Origin: Pseudomonadota bacterium
GTDB taxonomy: Bacteria; Pseudomonadota; Gammaproteobacteria; Steroidobacterales; Steroidobacteraceae
Assembly (NCBI GenBank): GCA_039800965.1
Contig: JBDLPS010000221.1
Coordinates: 5,877 to 69,876, forward strand
Reading direction: 5' to 3'
DNA length: 64,000 bases
Part shown: positions 22,968-32,592 of the stretch, in pieces
Layout of the letters: each line of letters begins with the position of its first letter
Numbering within the stretch: position 1 is the first letter of the stretch
Translations under genes and position numbers: made by a program
Notes under the pieces: model-generated
Told to the model about the DNA's origin: nothing
The model's database searches: none
The model's input: only the letters and a program-made list of their open reading frames with translations

Positions 22968-24255
22968 GCGCCGACTCCACGATGGCCGCGACGCCCATGC
23001 CGCCGGCCGTGCATACCGACAGCAGCGCGCGGCGTGCCGCAGGATTCTGCGCCAGCAGCTTCGCCGCCACGCCGAGCACGCGCGCGCCGGTGGCGGCGAA
23101 AGGGTGGCCGACGGCGATGCTGCTGCCGTTCACGTTGAGCTTCGCGCGATCGATCGCGCCGAGCGGTGCGTCGCGGCCCAAGCGTTCGCGGCAGTAATCC
23201 GCCGATTCCCAGGCCTTCAGCGTGCACAGCACCTGCGCCGCGAAGGCTTCGTGGATCTCGTAGTAATCGAAATCCTGCAGGGCGAGACCTGCGTCGCGCA
23301 GCATTTCAGACACGGCGTGGGCCGGCGCCATCAGCAGGCCCTCATGGCCGCTGGCGAAATCCACGGCCCAGGTCTTGCCGAACGTCAGCCAGGCCTGCAC
23401 GGGGATGCCGCGCGCGCGGGCCCACTCCTCGCTCGCCAGCAGCACGGAAGATGCACCATCCGTGAGCGGCGTGCTGTTGCCGGCGGTCAGGGTGCCGTTG
23501 TCCCGGTCGAAGGCCGGCCGCAGCTTCGCGAGCTTGTCCGCCGAGCTGTCGGCGCGGACGTTGTTGTCCTGGGAGAGCCCTGCGAAGGGCGCCACGAGAT
23601 CCGACTGGAACCCCGAGGCCCAGCCTGCCGTCGCCCGCGCGTGGCTCGCCGCGGCGAGCGCATCCTGCTCGGCACGGGAGATCTGCCAGGTCCGCGCCAT
23701 CTGCTCGCAGCTCTGGCCCATCGAAAGACCGGTGCGCGGTTCGATCACGCCCGGCAGTTCCGGCTTGAAGTCGCGCGGCCGCAGCCCCAGCCAGGGCTTG
23801 AGGCGCGCGCCCAGCGAGCGGCCGCGGAAGCTGCCCAGCAGGATCTCGCGGTAATGCTTCGGGTACACCACGGGTGGGTCGCTGACGCTGTCGACGCCGG
23901 CCGCGATGCCGGCATCGATCTGTCCCAGGGCGATCTTGTTGGCGACGAGAATGGCTGCCTCGAGGCTGGTGCCGCAGGCGCGCTGCAGGTCCAGGCCCGG
24001 CGTGCGCGGATCGAGGCCCGACGACAGCACGCACTCGCGCGTGAGGTTGAAATCCTTCGGATGCTTGATGACCGCGCCGGCGATCACGTCACCGAGCCTG
24101 GCCCCCTCCAGCCCGAAGCGGCCCACGAGGCCGCGCAGCGCGGCAGTGAGCAGGTCCTGGTTGCCGTGGCGGGCATAGGCGCCGTGCGAGCGCGCGAAGG
24201 GAATGCGCGTACCGCCGAGTATCGCGACGCGCCTGACCTGGGTTCCGACGAGCAT
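22960..24255 (-). CDS. Acetyl-CoA C-acyltransferase (thiolase family)
   Basis: Starts MLVGTQVRRVAILGGTRIPFARS at ATG 24255. The active-site Cys context is LQRACGTSLEA. NVNGSSIAVGHPFAATGAR and SVCTAGGMG are also present. Confidence 0.88.
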   Translation of the reverse strand: MLVGTQVRRVAILGGTRIPFARSHGAYARHGNQDLLTAALRGLVGRFGLEGARLGDVIAGAVIKHPKDFNLTRECVLSSGLDPRTPGLDLQRACGTSLEAAILVANKIALGQIDAGIAAGVDSVSDPPVVYPKHYREILLGSFRGRSLGARLKPWLGLRPRDFKPELPGVIEPRTGLSMGQSCEQMARTWQISRAEQDALAAASHARATAGWASGFQSDLVAPFAGLSQDNNVRADSSADKLAKLRPAFDRDNGTLTAGNSTPLTDGASSVLLASEEWARARGIPVQAWLTFGKTWAVDFASGHEGLLMAPAHAVSEMLRDAGLALQDFDYYEIHEAFAAQVLCTLKAWESADYCRERLGRDAPLGAIDRAKLNVNGSSIAVGHPFAATGARVLGVAAKLLAQNPAARRALLSVCTAGGMGVAAIVESAHG

Positions 24256-24335
24256 GGCACTCTCCGTTGCTGCAGGAAGGATGCCATGGTGGACCCCGCA
24301 CCGGTACCCGCGGGCCGTGTAGACTCCTTGCTTCC

Positions 24336-25925
24336 ATGCCTTCCGCAACAGATCGACAGTTCGAGCGGCGTCTTTCGGCGTTGGTGAACGCCCGGGAGCC
24401 CCGCGTCCTGCAGGAAGGCCTGCGCGGCGTCGAGAAGGAAAGCCTGCGCGTCCTGCCCGACGGGCATATCGCGCGCAGCCCGCATCCCTACGAGCTGGGT
24501 TCCGCGCTCACGCACGAGCACATCACCACCGATTTCTCCGAATCGCTCATCGAGCTGGTCACGCCGGCCTTCCGTTCGGTTCCGGTGCTGATGCAGTACC
24601 TCAGCGACCTGCACCAGTACGTCTACCGCCACCTCGGTGATGAGCTGCTCTGGGCCACCTCGATGCCCTGCAAGCTCGAATCCGACGACGACGTGCCCAT
24701 CGCCTGGTTCGGTGATTCGAACGTCGGCCGCATGAAGCACGTCTACCGCCGCGGGCTTCGCCATCGTTACGGCGCGTTGATGCAGGCGATCTCCGGCGTG
24801 CATTTCAATTATTCCTTCCCGGAACGGTTCTGGGAGGTCTATGCCGCGGTGAGCGAATCCAGGGATGCCGGTCAGGATTTCCGCTCCGCCGGGTACTTCG
24901 ACCTGCTGCGCAACTACCGGCGCCACGGCTGGATCGTGCTCTACCTCTTCGGTGTCTCGCCGGTCGTCGGACGCAGCTTCCTGAAGGATGCAAATGCCGG
25001 CCTGCCCGCGCTCGATGCCGACACGGCCTACGAGCCCTGCGGCACCAGCCTGCGCATGAGCGACATCGGCTACCGCAACCGCAACCAGGCTGACGTCTCC
25101 GTCTCGGTGAACAGCCTCGATGAATACGTGCGCGACCTGCGCGCCGCGATCAGCACGCCGCACCCCGCCTACGAGCAGATCGGCCTGCGCGTGGACGGCG
25201 AGTACCGCCAGCTCAACAGCTACATCCTGCAGATCGAGAACGAGTACTACAGCTACATCCGTCCCAAGCGCGTCGCGCGTTCCGGCGAAAGCCCGAGCGC
25301 CGCGCTGCTGCGCGGCGGGGTCGAATACGTCGAAGTGCGCGCGCTGGACGTCAGCGCCTTCGATCCCGTCGGCGTGAACCAGAACAAGCTGCGATTCCTC
25401 GAGGCCTTCGTCGCCATGTGCGTGCTGCGCGACAGCCCGCCGATCGACCGCGACGCCCAGGATCGGCTCGACCACAACCATCTCGTCGTCGCACGTCGCG
25501 GCCGTGAACCGGGGCTTGTCCTGGATCGCGACGGCCTTCCGCAGCGGCTTGTCGACTGGGCGCGCGAGATCCTGGATTCGATGGAAGGCATCTGCGAACT
25601 GCTGGACCACGGCGATCCGGCACGACCCTATGCCGCGGCGCTGCGGGCGCAGCGCGACAAGATCGACGACGTGTCGCGCACCCCTTCCGCGCGACTGCTC
25701 AAGGAACTCGCCGACGGCGAGGAATCTTTCTTCGACCTCGCGCTGCGCATGTCCGCCACGCACAAGCAGTCCTTCCTCGACCTGCATGCGCCGGACGAGC
25801 AGCGTCTGGCGGAGTTCCGCCGCGAATCGGACGAATCCCACGCGGCGCAGCGCCGCCTCGAATCCACCCGCGCGGAAACCTTCGAGACCTACCTGGGTCG
25901 CTACTTTTCCAAGACAGGCCAGTAG
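24336..25925 (+). CDS. gshA: Glutamate--cysteine ligase (type 1, E. coli-like)
   Basis: Starts MPSATDRQFERRLSAL at ATG 24336. LRGVEKESLRV, ISGVHFNYSF and YVEVRALD are typical GshA segments. Confidence 0.9.
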   Translation: MPSATDRQFERRLSALVNAREPRVLQEGLRGVEKESLRVLPDGHIARSPHPYELGSALTHEHITTDFSESLIELVTPAFRSVPVLMQYLSDLHQYVYRHLGDELLWATSMPCKLESDDDVPIAWFGDSNVGRMKHVYRRGLRHRYGALMQAISGVHFNYSFPERFWEVYAAVSESRDAGQDFRSAGYFDLLRNYRRHGWIVLYLFGVSPVVGRSFLKDANAGLPALDADTAYEPCGTSLRMSDIGYRNRNQADVSVSVNSLDEYVRDLRAAISTPHPAYEQIGLRVDGEYRQLNSYILQIENEYYSYIRPKRVARSGESPSAALLRGGVEYVEVRALDVSAFDPVGVNQNKLRFLEAFVAMCVLRDSPPIDRDAQDRLDHNHLVVARRGREPGLVLDRDGLPQRLVDWAREILDSMEGICELLDHGDPARPYAAALRAQRDKIDDVSRTPSARLLKELADGEESFFDLALRMSATHKQSFLDLHAPDEQRLAEFRRESDESHAAQRRLESTRAETFETYLGRYFSKTGQ

Positions 25926-27547
25926 CGCCGGCCTGCGCGTCCGGCGAGCAGCAACGCCGCCAGCGCGGCGAGTCCTGCCCCGGATCCGCCCCCGCCGCCC
26001 GTGTTGCCGGATCCGCCGCCAGGGGGTGCCGCGGGCGCTGCAATCCCGGTCACCGTTGCCGTGGCGCTGTTGTTGGCCATTTGCGGGTCGGTCACCGTGG
26101 GCGAACTCAACGATGCGGTCAGCGTGAGGCTGCCTTCGCGGTCCGCGCGCAGGCGGATATCCAGCGCGGCCTGCGCGTTCGCCGCCAGCGCGAACGCCGG
26201 GCATCGCAGCGCGCTGCCGCTGACCACGCAGTCCACTGCCGTGCTCGTGGCGCCGGTCACGGTCGCGCCCGACGGGACGGTGAACGACAGCGTTGCATCC
26301 GGCACGGCAACGAGGCCGAGGTTCTGCACGGTCACGCGCATCAAGGTCGAATCTCCGACGGTGACCTGGGCGCCGCCACCCGACAGGCCCAGCGCCAGAT
26401 CGGCGACGGGATCGGGAATGCTGGCAGCCCCCAGGCAACTTGCCGCCGCCACCGTCGGCGCGATCTGCTGCAGGCTGCAGGCCGAGAACGTCGAGCTTCC
26501 ATTCATCCTCGGTGCCATCAGGAACTGGTTGTCCGCCGTCGCGGCGCAGGCCGCCGCCGCCTCGCCGTCGTGCGGCGCGCCGAATACATGGCCGATCTCG
26601 TGCGCGGCAACCAGTGCATCGAAGGACACGGAGGCGCGCGCCTCCGAAAGGCTGGCGGAAAAACCCCGGCTGCACAGCGCGCCGAGGTAGGCGATGCCGA
26701 CGGTGGTGCCATCCAGGTCGCGACCGGTCATGAGGTGTGTCAGTCCCGCCGACTGCTGGGCCGTTGTGCGCAGGCGGTAGGCCGCCACCGCATCGATCAG
26801 TTGCGAGGGGTCGGTGGCGGACAGGCTTTCCGCGGCGGTGTCCACGTGCGTCACGCCGGCCAGCCGGATCTGCACGCCGACCTGCGAAGAGAAAATGCCG
26901 TCCACCACGTTCAGGCGTTCGAGCGCGCGACTGTCCGTCGCGGCGCCATCTAGGGCCACCAGTTCACTGTCGGCGAGTACGCCGACGTCCAGGCGCTTCG
27001 TCGCCTGCAGCGCGGTGGCGGCCGCGATTTCCGCGCCGACCTGGCCCAGTGCATCGGCAGCGGTCCGGACCGTCGAGCGTGAATCGCCCTCGAGCAATAC
27101 GCCGCGGACCTGCAGGTCCGCGAGGCGGTAGAGCACCGTCGCGTCCGGTGGCAGCATCGCTGCGGTGGCGCTGGCCCTGGCCATCGCGCCGGCGGCCTCG
27201 AGGATGTAAGTGTCCACGCCATCGGAGTAGATGCCGTGGTAGCGGCCGTTCCGCCGGGTCAGCCGCGCCCAGGATCCCGGCTGGCCGGGCAGGGTGCCAC
27301 GCAGCGCCTCCGTGCCGCCCAGCCTGCCGCCGCGCACGAGGTCCGTGTTCGGTTCCAGCTGCAGGTCGAAGCGTCGCGAGGTCCCCTGAACGCGCAGCCG
27401 CAGGCCGGGTGTCTCCAGCGTGCTGACGGGCTGCAGGGCCAGCAGTTTCAGCTCGGCGGCGGGCGCGGTGGCAGGCAGCACGCCGAGGAGCGCGGCAGCG
27501 ACCAGGGCGGCTGCCTTCGCACCACGGTTGCGCGCATCCATCCGCAT
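25901..27547 (-). CDS. Secreted reprolysin/adamalysin-like zinc metalloprotease with DUF11-like domain and GlyGly-CTERM-like tail
   Basis: Signal peptide is MRMDARNRGAKAAALVAAALLGVLPATAPA. The metzincin motif HEIGHVFGAPHD fits HExxHxxGxxHD. A beta-rich domain ends ANNSATATV. The C-terminus is GGGSGNTGGGGGSGAGLAALAALLLAGRAGRR. Alternative starts are 27541 and 27580. The track ORF to 28123 is a run-on. Confidence 0.8.
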   Translation of the reverse strand: MRMDARNRGAKAAALVAAALLGVLPATAPAAELKLLALQPVSTLETPGLRLRVQGTSRRFDLQLEPNTDLVRGGRLGGTEALRGTLPGQPGSWARLTRRNGRYHGIYSDGVDTYILEAAGAMARASATAAMLPPDATVLYRLADLQVRGVLLEGDSRSTVRTAADALGQVGAEIAAATALQATKRLDVGVLADSELVALDGAATDSRALERLNVVDGIFSSQVGVQIRLAGVTHVDTAAESLSATDPSQLIDAVAAYRLRTTAQQSAGLTHLMTGRDLDGTTVGIAYLGALCSRGFSASLSEARASVSFDALVAAHEIGHVFGAPHDGEAAAACAATADNQFLMAPRMNGSSTFSACSLQQIAPTVAAASCLGAASIPDPVADLALGLSGGGAQVTVGDSTLMRVTVQNLGLVAVPDATLSFTVPSGATVTGATSTAVDCVVSGSALRCPAFALAANAQAALDIRLRADREGSLTLTASLSSPTVTDPQMANNSATATVTGIAAPAAPPGGGSGNTGGGGGSGAGLAALAALLLAGRAGRRYWPVLEK

Positions 27548-27601
27548 TGCGCTCCAAAACGGTGCGTAACGAGGCGACATGATGGCCTTGATGCTGCGTG
27601 A

Positions 27602-28024
<423 letters not shown>

Positions 28025-28094
28025 GCCGCCGGGTATCCCGCCGGTCGGCCCGCCTTGCGGACCGGCCGGGCGGGGGCGGGCAGGCCCCTCGGGC

Positions 28095-28595
28095 CTATTG
28101 CGCCACGCGCAGCGTGCGCCCATCCCGGGTCAGCGCCAGCGCGCCGCTCCGGACGATCTCGATCAGCTCGCCTTTCGCGGCAAGTTCGCCGACGAAAGCG
28201 GTTATTTCGCTCTCGCTGGCAGTCAGTTCGGCGATGATCAGGTCCGCAGAAGTGTTCAGGATCTTGCCGCCGGCCTGTCGGACGACCGCTTCGGCAGCCT
28301 GCTTCTGACCGGTTTTCACCCCCAATTTGACGAGCGCGAGCTCGCGCTCGACGTGCTCGCCGCGCGTCATGTCGTCGACGTCCACGACGTCCACGAGCTT
28401 GTTCAGTTGGCTGACGATCTGGTGGATCACCTCGTCCGAGCCTTTCGTCACGAGCGTGATGCGCGAGACCGTCGGGTCGTCGGTCGCGGCGACCGAGAGG
28501 GACTCGATGTTGAAGCCGCGGTTGGTGAACAGGCCCGCCACGCGGTTCAGGGCGCCGGATTCGTTCTGGAGCAGGATGCCGATGATGTGACGCAT
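28095..28595 (-). CDS. ilvH: Acetolactate synthase small (regulatory) subunit
   Basis: Starts MRHIIGILLQNESGALNRVAGLFTNRGFNIESLSV at ATG 28595. It is colinear with E. coli IlvH ([35 protein letters not shown]...). It lies on the strand opposite to ilvI. Confidence 0.9.
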   Translation of the reverse strand: MRHIIGILLQNESGALNRVAGLFTNRGFNIESLSVAATDDPTVSRITLVTKGSDEVIHQIVSQLNKLVDVVDVDDMTRGEHVERELALVKLGVKTGQKQAAEAVVRQAGGKILNTSADLIIAELTASESEITAFVGELAAKGELIEIVRSGALALTRDGRTLRVAQ

Positions 28596-28678
28596 AGTCC
28601 CCGGAGGATAAAGGATCGCTGCCGCGCGCGCACCGCAGGGTTGGGCGGGCATGCCTGATTTGCTAGAGTCCCAAGACC

Positions 28679-30529
28679 ATGAATGCACAAGTGAACAAGT
28701 CGGCGCCGTCCCCCGAGCACCCCCTCGCGGGTCGCAGCATGACGGGCGCCCAGATGGTGGTGCAGGCCATCGCGGACGAGGGCCTTTCGGCGATCTTCGG
28801 GTACTCCGGCGGCGCGATCCTCCCGACCTATGACGCCGTCTTCCTCTACAACGAGGAACAGCGCCGCCTGGGTCGTCCCGAGCTGCCGCTCATCGTCCCC
28901 GCCAACGAACAGGGCGCGGGTTTCATGGCCGCCGGCTATTCGCGTTCCACCGGCCAGGTGGGCGTTGCCATCGTCACCTCGGGTCCTGGCGCGACCAACA
29001 TGGTCACGCCGGTCCGTGACTGCATGGCCGATTCCATCCCGATGGTGGTGATCTGTGGCCAGGTCGCGCGCGGCGCGATCGGTTCGGACGCCTTCCAGGA
29101 GGCGCCTGTCGCGGCCGTGATGGGTTCCGTGGCCAAGCACGTATTCCTCGTCACCGAGCCCGAAAAGCTCGAGGCGACGATCCGTACCGCGTTCGAGATC
29201 GCGCGTTCGGGCCGGCCCGGCCCGGTGGTCGTCGACATCCCGAAGGACGTGCAGAACTGGCAGGGGTCCTATCAGGGGCAGGGCGTGTTGCCGCTGGGTG
29301 TCTATCGCCAGCGCATGCAGAAGCTGGCCGCGAACCGCCTGTCGGAAGAGCAGGCCGGTCGCCTGCTTGAGCGGATCGCCGCCGCCAAGCGTCCCCTGCT
29401 TTACGTCGGGGGTGGCGCAGTTCAGGGCGAGGCGACGCGCGAGGTGCGCGCTTTTTCCGAGGCCTTCGGCATCCCGGTCGTGACGACGCTGATGGGGATC
29501 GGCGCGATCGATACATTCGAACCGCTGAGCCTGCGCATGCTGGGCATGCACGGCGCGGCCTTCGCGAACTACGCGGTCGAGGACTGCGACCTGCTGATCA
29601 CGATCGGCGCGCGCTTCGATGATCGCGTGGCGGGCCTGCCTGGCCGCTTCGCGCCGAACGCGAAGTTCATCGCGCAGTTCGACATCGATCCGGCGGAGAT
29701 CAACAAGGTCAAGCCGGTGCAGTGGCATCATGTCGGCGAGCTGCAGGAGGCCCTGCGCACGCTGGTGGCGCTGGGTCGCCAGCGCGGCGTGAAGCCCGAT
29801 CTCGCCACCTGGCATGCCGAGGTCGCGGAGCTCAAGCGTACCTATGCGATGAACTACGACCGTGCGAGCCAGGCGATCCAGCCGTATTACGTGCTGGAAG
29901 AGATCAACAAGATCACCCAGGGCAAGGCGATCATCGCGACGGGCGTGGGCCAGCACCAGATGTGGGCCGCCCAGTACTGCGATTTCCGCGAGCCGCGCCA
30001 GTGGCTCACGTCGGGCAGCATGGGCACGATGGGCTTCGGCCTGCCGGCCGCGATCGGTGCGCAGGTCGCGCATCCGGACACGCTCGTCATCGACGTCGAT
30101 GGCGACGCCAGCATCCGCATGAACTTCGGCGAGCTCGAGACCGTCACCACCTATGAGCTGCCGGTGAAGGTCGTCGTGCTCAACAACATCGGCGACGGCA
30201 TGGTGCGCCAGTGGCAGAAGCTGTTCTTCGACGGCCGCTTCGCCTCGACGGACAAGTCCCTGCACAAGAAGGACTTCATCAAGGCCGCCCAGGCGGACGG
30301 ATTCCAGTACGCCGTGCGCCTGGAGCGCAACGAAGACGTGCCGCGCGTCGTCGCGGAGTTCCTCGCGTTCAAGGGTCCCGCCTTCCTCGAGGTGATGATC
30401 GATCCGGAAGCCGGCGTGTTCCCGATGGTCGGTCCGGGCCAGCCCTACGACGCGATGCTGACGGGTCCCCACATCCCGACGCGCCAGCCGCCCAAGCCGG
30501 TAGCACCGGGCGCCAGCGAGATGTTCTAG
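28679..30529 (+). CDS. ilvI: Acetolactate synthase large (catalytic) subunit, ThDP-dependent
   Basis: FQEAPVAAVMGSVAKH and GRPGPVVVDIPKDV are present. The ThDP motif is SGSMGTMGFGLPAAIGA...VVVLNNIGDGMVRQWQ. An alternative start is ATG 28739 (MTGAQMVVQAI). Confidence 0.9.
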   Translation: MNAQVNKSAPSPEHPLAGRSMTGAQMVVQAIADEGLSAIFGYSGGAILPTYDAVFLYNEEQRRLGRPELPLIVPANEQGAGFMAAGYSRSTGQVGVAIVTSGPGATNMVTPVRDCMADSIPMVVICGQVARGAIGSDAFQEAPVAAVMGSVAKHVFLVTEPEKLEATIRTAFEIARSGRPGPVVVDIPKDVQNWQGSYQGQGVLPLGVYRQRMQKLAANRLSEEQAGRLLERIAAAKRPLLYVGGGAVQGEATREVRAFSEAFGIPVVTTLMGIGAIDTFEPLSLRMLGMHGAAFANYAVEDCDLLITIGARFDDRVAGLPGRFAPNAKFIAQFDIDPAEINKVKPVQWHHVGELQEALRTLVALGRQRGVKPDLATWHAEVAELKRTYAMNYDRASQAIQPYYVLEEINKITQGKAIIATGVGQHQMWAAQYCDFREPRQWLTSGSMGTMGFGLPAAIGAQVAHPDTLVIDVDGDASIRMNFGELETVTTYELPVKVVVLNNIGDGMVRQWQKLFFDGRFASTDKSLHKKDFIKAAQADGFQYAVRLERNEDVPRVVAEFLAFKGPAFLEVMIDPEAGVFPMVGPGQPYDAMLTGPHIPTRQPPKPVAPGASEMF

Positions 30530-30533
30530 GCCG

Positions 30534-31043
30534 GTGGCGAAGTCGAAGCAGATGCCGCCTCGGCTGCGGCGGGCGTACTTCGACTGCCGCTATGGCCAGT
30601 TGCATGTCCATAACGCCATCCCGTCCGGCGGTGGCTTCGACGAACTGACCACGCTCGTCTGCCTTCACGGTGCCGGGCAGGGTGGAAGGGTTTTCGCGCC
30701 GGTCCTCGCCGCGTTGGGTGCGGATCGTTCCATCTATGCCATCGACCTGCCGGGCTGCGGCGAATCGGATCCTGCTGCCGGCGTGGAGCCGGTCGAGGCA
30801 GGTGCGCAGGCCGTGGCGGATTTCCTCGATTCGATGCGCATCCGCAGGATCGACCTGCTGGCACTGGGCGAGGGTTGCGCCGTGGCGCGTCGTTTCGCCG
30901 TGCTGAAAGGCCCGCAGCTGCGCAAGCTGGCCTTGCTGGGCGAAGCTGCCGCCGTCGCGGCGCCCGCCGCTCCGCTGCTGGCGCTGCCCGCCAACAGGTC
31001 GGTGGCCGATGCCATTCCGCAGCTCGCGGCCTTCTTCGACTAA
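30534..31043 (+). CDS. Truncated, catalytically degenerate alpha/beta-hydrolase-fold protein
   Basis: 169 aa. LVCLHGAGQGGRVF...AIDLPGCGESD matches the N-terminal half of the fold. The nucleophile elbow reads GEGCA instead of G-x-S-x-G, and the Asp/His-bearing C-terminal half is absent. Confidence 0.6.
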   Translation: MAKSKQMPPRLRRAYFDCRYGQLHVHNAIPSGGGFDELTTLVCLHGAGQGGRVFAPVLAALGADRSIYAIDLPGCGESDPAAGVEPVEAGAQAVADFLDSMRIRRIDLLALGEGCAVARRFAVLKGPQLRKLALLGEAAAVAAPAAPLLALPANRSVADAIPQLAAFFD

Positions 31044-31055
31044 GCTCTTCGCGCC

Positions 31056-32579
31056 ATGCCTGCCGATTACATCGAACGCATCCTCAAGGCCCGCGTCTAC
31101 GACGTGGCGGTCCAGTCGTCGCTCGACCGCATGTCGCGGCTGTCCGCCCGATTGGGCAACGAGATACTGCTCAAGCGCGAGGATCAGCAACCGGTCTTTT
31201 CGTTCAAGCTGCGTGGCGCTTACAACAAGATCGCGAACCTGTCCGATACCGCTGCGGCCCGCGGCGTGATCTGCGCGTCGGCAGGGAACCACGCGCAGGG
31301 CGTCGCCCTGGCGGCACGCAAGCGCGGCATCCCGGCGCTCATCGTGATGCCGGCCACGACCCCGGCCATCAAGGTCCAGGCGGTGGTGGCGCTGGGTGGC
31401 GAAGTTGTCCTGCATGGCGATGTCTACGACGCCGCCTACGAGCACGCGATCAAGCTTGCCGCGGAACGCCAGATGGTCTTCGTGCATCCCTTCGACGATC
31501 CGGACGTGATTGCCGGCCAGGGCACGATCGGCCTGGAGATCCTGCGCCAGTCGTCGGGCGACGTCGATGCGATCTACGTACCCGTCGGGGGCGGCGGGCT
31601 CATCGCCGGCGTTGCGGCCTACGTCAAGTACGTCTCCCCGCGCACGCGCATCATCGGTGTCGAACCGGAAGACGCGAATGCGATGTACGAATCGCTGAAG
31701 CAGGGCGTCCGCGTCACGCTCGACCGTGTCGGTATCTTTGCCGATGGCGTGGCGGTCCGCCGCGTCGGCGAGGAAACCTTCCGCCTGTGCCGCAGCCTCG
31801 TGGACGAAGTGGTGCTCGTGAGCACCGACGAGATCTGCTCGGCCATCCAGGACAGTTTCGAGGACACCCGCACGATTCCAGAGCCCTCCGGCGCGCTGGC
31901 GCTGGCCGGCCTCAAGAAGCATGTCGGCCGCTCCGGCTGGCAGGGCAAGCGACTCGTCACGATCAACAGCGGCGCGAACATGAACTTCGACCGCCTGCGC
32001 TACATCGCCGAGCGTGCCGATCTCGGCGGCGGGCGGGAGGCGGTGTTCGCGGTTGAAATCCCCGAGGAGCGAGGCAGTTTCCTGCGTTTCTGCAGCCTCC
32101 TCGGCGCGCGCAGCATCACGGAATTCAACTACCGCGAGCAGAACGCGACCCGCGCCCGGATTTTCGTCGGCCTGCAGTTGTCGCGTGGCGCTGAAGAGCG
32201 GCGCGAGATGCTGGGGCTGCTGGCCGATGCCGGCTATCCCGCCATCGACATGACCGACAACGAGATGGCCAAGCTCCATGTCCGCTACATGGTGGGTGGC
32301 CATTCACCGCAACTGGCCGACGAATTGCTGTTCCGCTTCGAATTCCCGGAGCGCCCGGGGGCCTTGCTGAAATTTCTCGAATCCGTCGGCAGCCGCTGGA
32401 ACATCAGCCTGTTCCACTACCGCAACCATGGTTCGGACGTGGGGCGCGTGCTCGCCGGCGTCCAGGTGCCCAAGGCCGAAAGGGACGAACTTGATCGCCA
32501 CCTTGCGATGCTGCGGTATCCCTACGTCGAGGAGACGGCGAACCCCGCCTACCGGATGTTCCTCGGCGCGTCGGCCTGA
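31056..32579 (+). CDS. ilvA: Biosynthetic threonine ammonia-lyase (threonine dehydratase)
   Basis: 507 aa. The PLP-lysine motif is FSFKLRGAYNK, and GNHAQG is present. The C-terminal duplicated ACT-like regulatory region is typical of IlvA. Confidence 0.93.
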   Translation: MPADYIERILKARVYDVAVQSSLDRMSRLSARLGNEILLKREDQQPVFSFKLRGAYNKIANLSDTAAARGVICASAGNHAQGVALAARKRGIPALIVMPATTPAIKVQAVVALGGEVVLHGDVYDAAYEHAIKLAAERQMVFVHPFDDPDVIAGQGTIGLEILRQSSGDVDAIYVPVGGGGLIAGVAAYVKYVSPRTRIIGVEPEDANAMYESLKQGVRVTLDRVGIFADGVAVRRVGEETFRLCRSLVDEVVLVSTDEICSAIQDSFEDTRTIPEPSGALALAGLKKHVGRSGWQGKRLVTINSGANMNFDRLRYIAERADLGGGREAVFAVEIPEERGSFLRFCSLLGARSITEFNYREQNATRARIFVGLQLSRGAEERREMLGLLADAGYPAIDMTDNEMAKLHVRYMVGGHSPQLADELLFRFEFPERPGALLKFLESVGSRWNISLFHYRNHGSDVGRVLAGVQVPKAERDELDRHLAMLRYPYVEETANPAYRMFLGASA

Positions 32580-32592
32580 GACGCCGGCGGCT

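Noticed and set aside
28025-28096. GC-rich inverted repeats between convergent P-II and ilvH, including aggccc-ctc-gggcct at 28082-28096, as a terminator.
   Set aside because: Several mutually exclusive pairings are possible and neither strand has a U-tract. One arm overlaps the ilvH stop codon. This is too ambiguous to report as a feature.
28679-28738. Twenty-codon stretch upstream of Met21 of ilvI as a possible ilv attenuator leader peptide.
   Set aside because: It is in frame with ilvI and its sequence (MNAQVNKSAPSPEHPLAGRS) is not enriched in Val, Leu or Ile. No terminator/antiterminator pair is evident.
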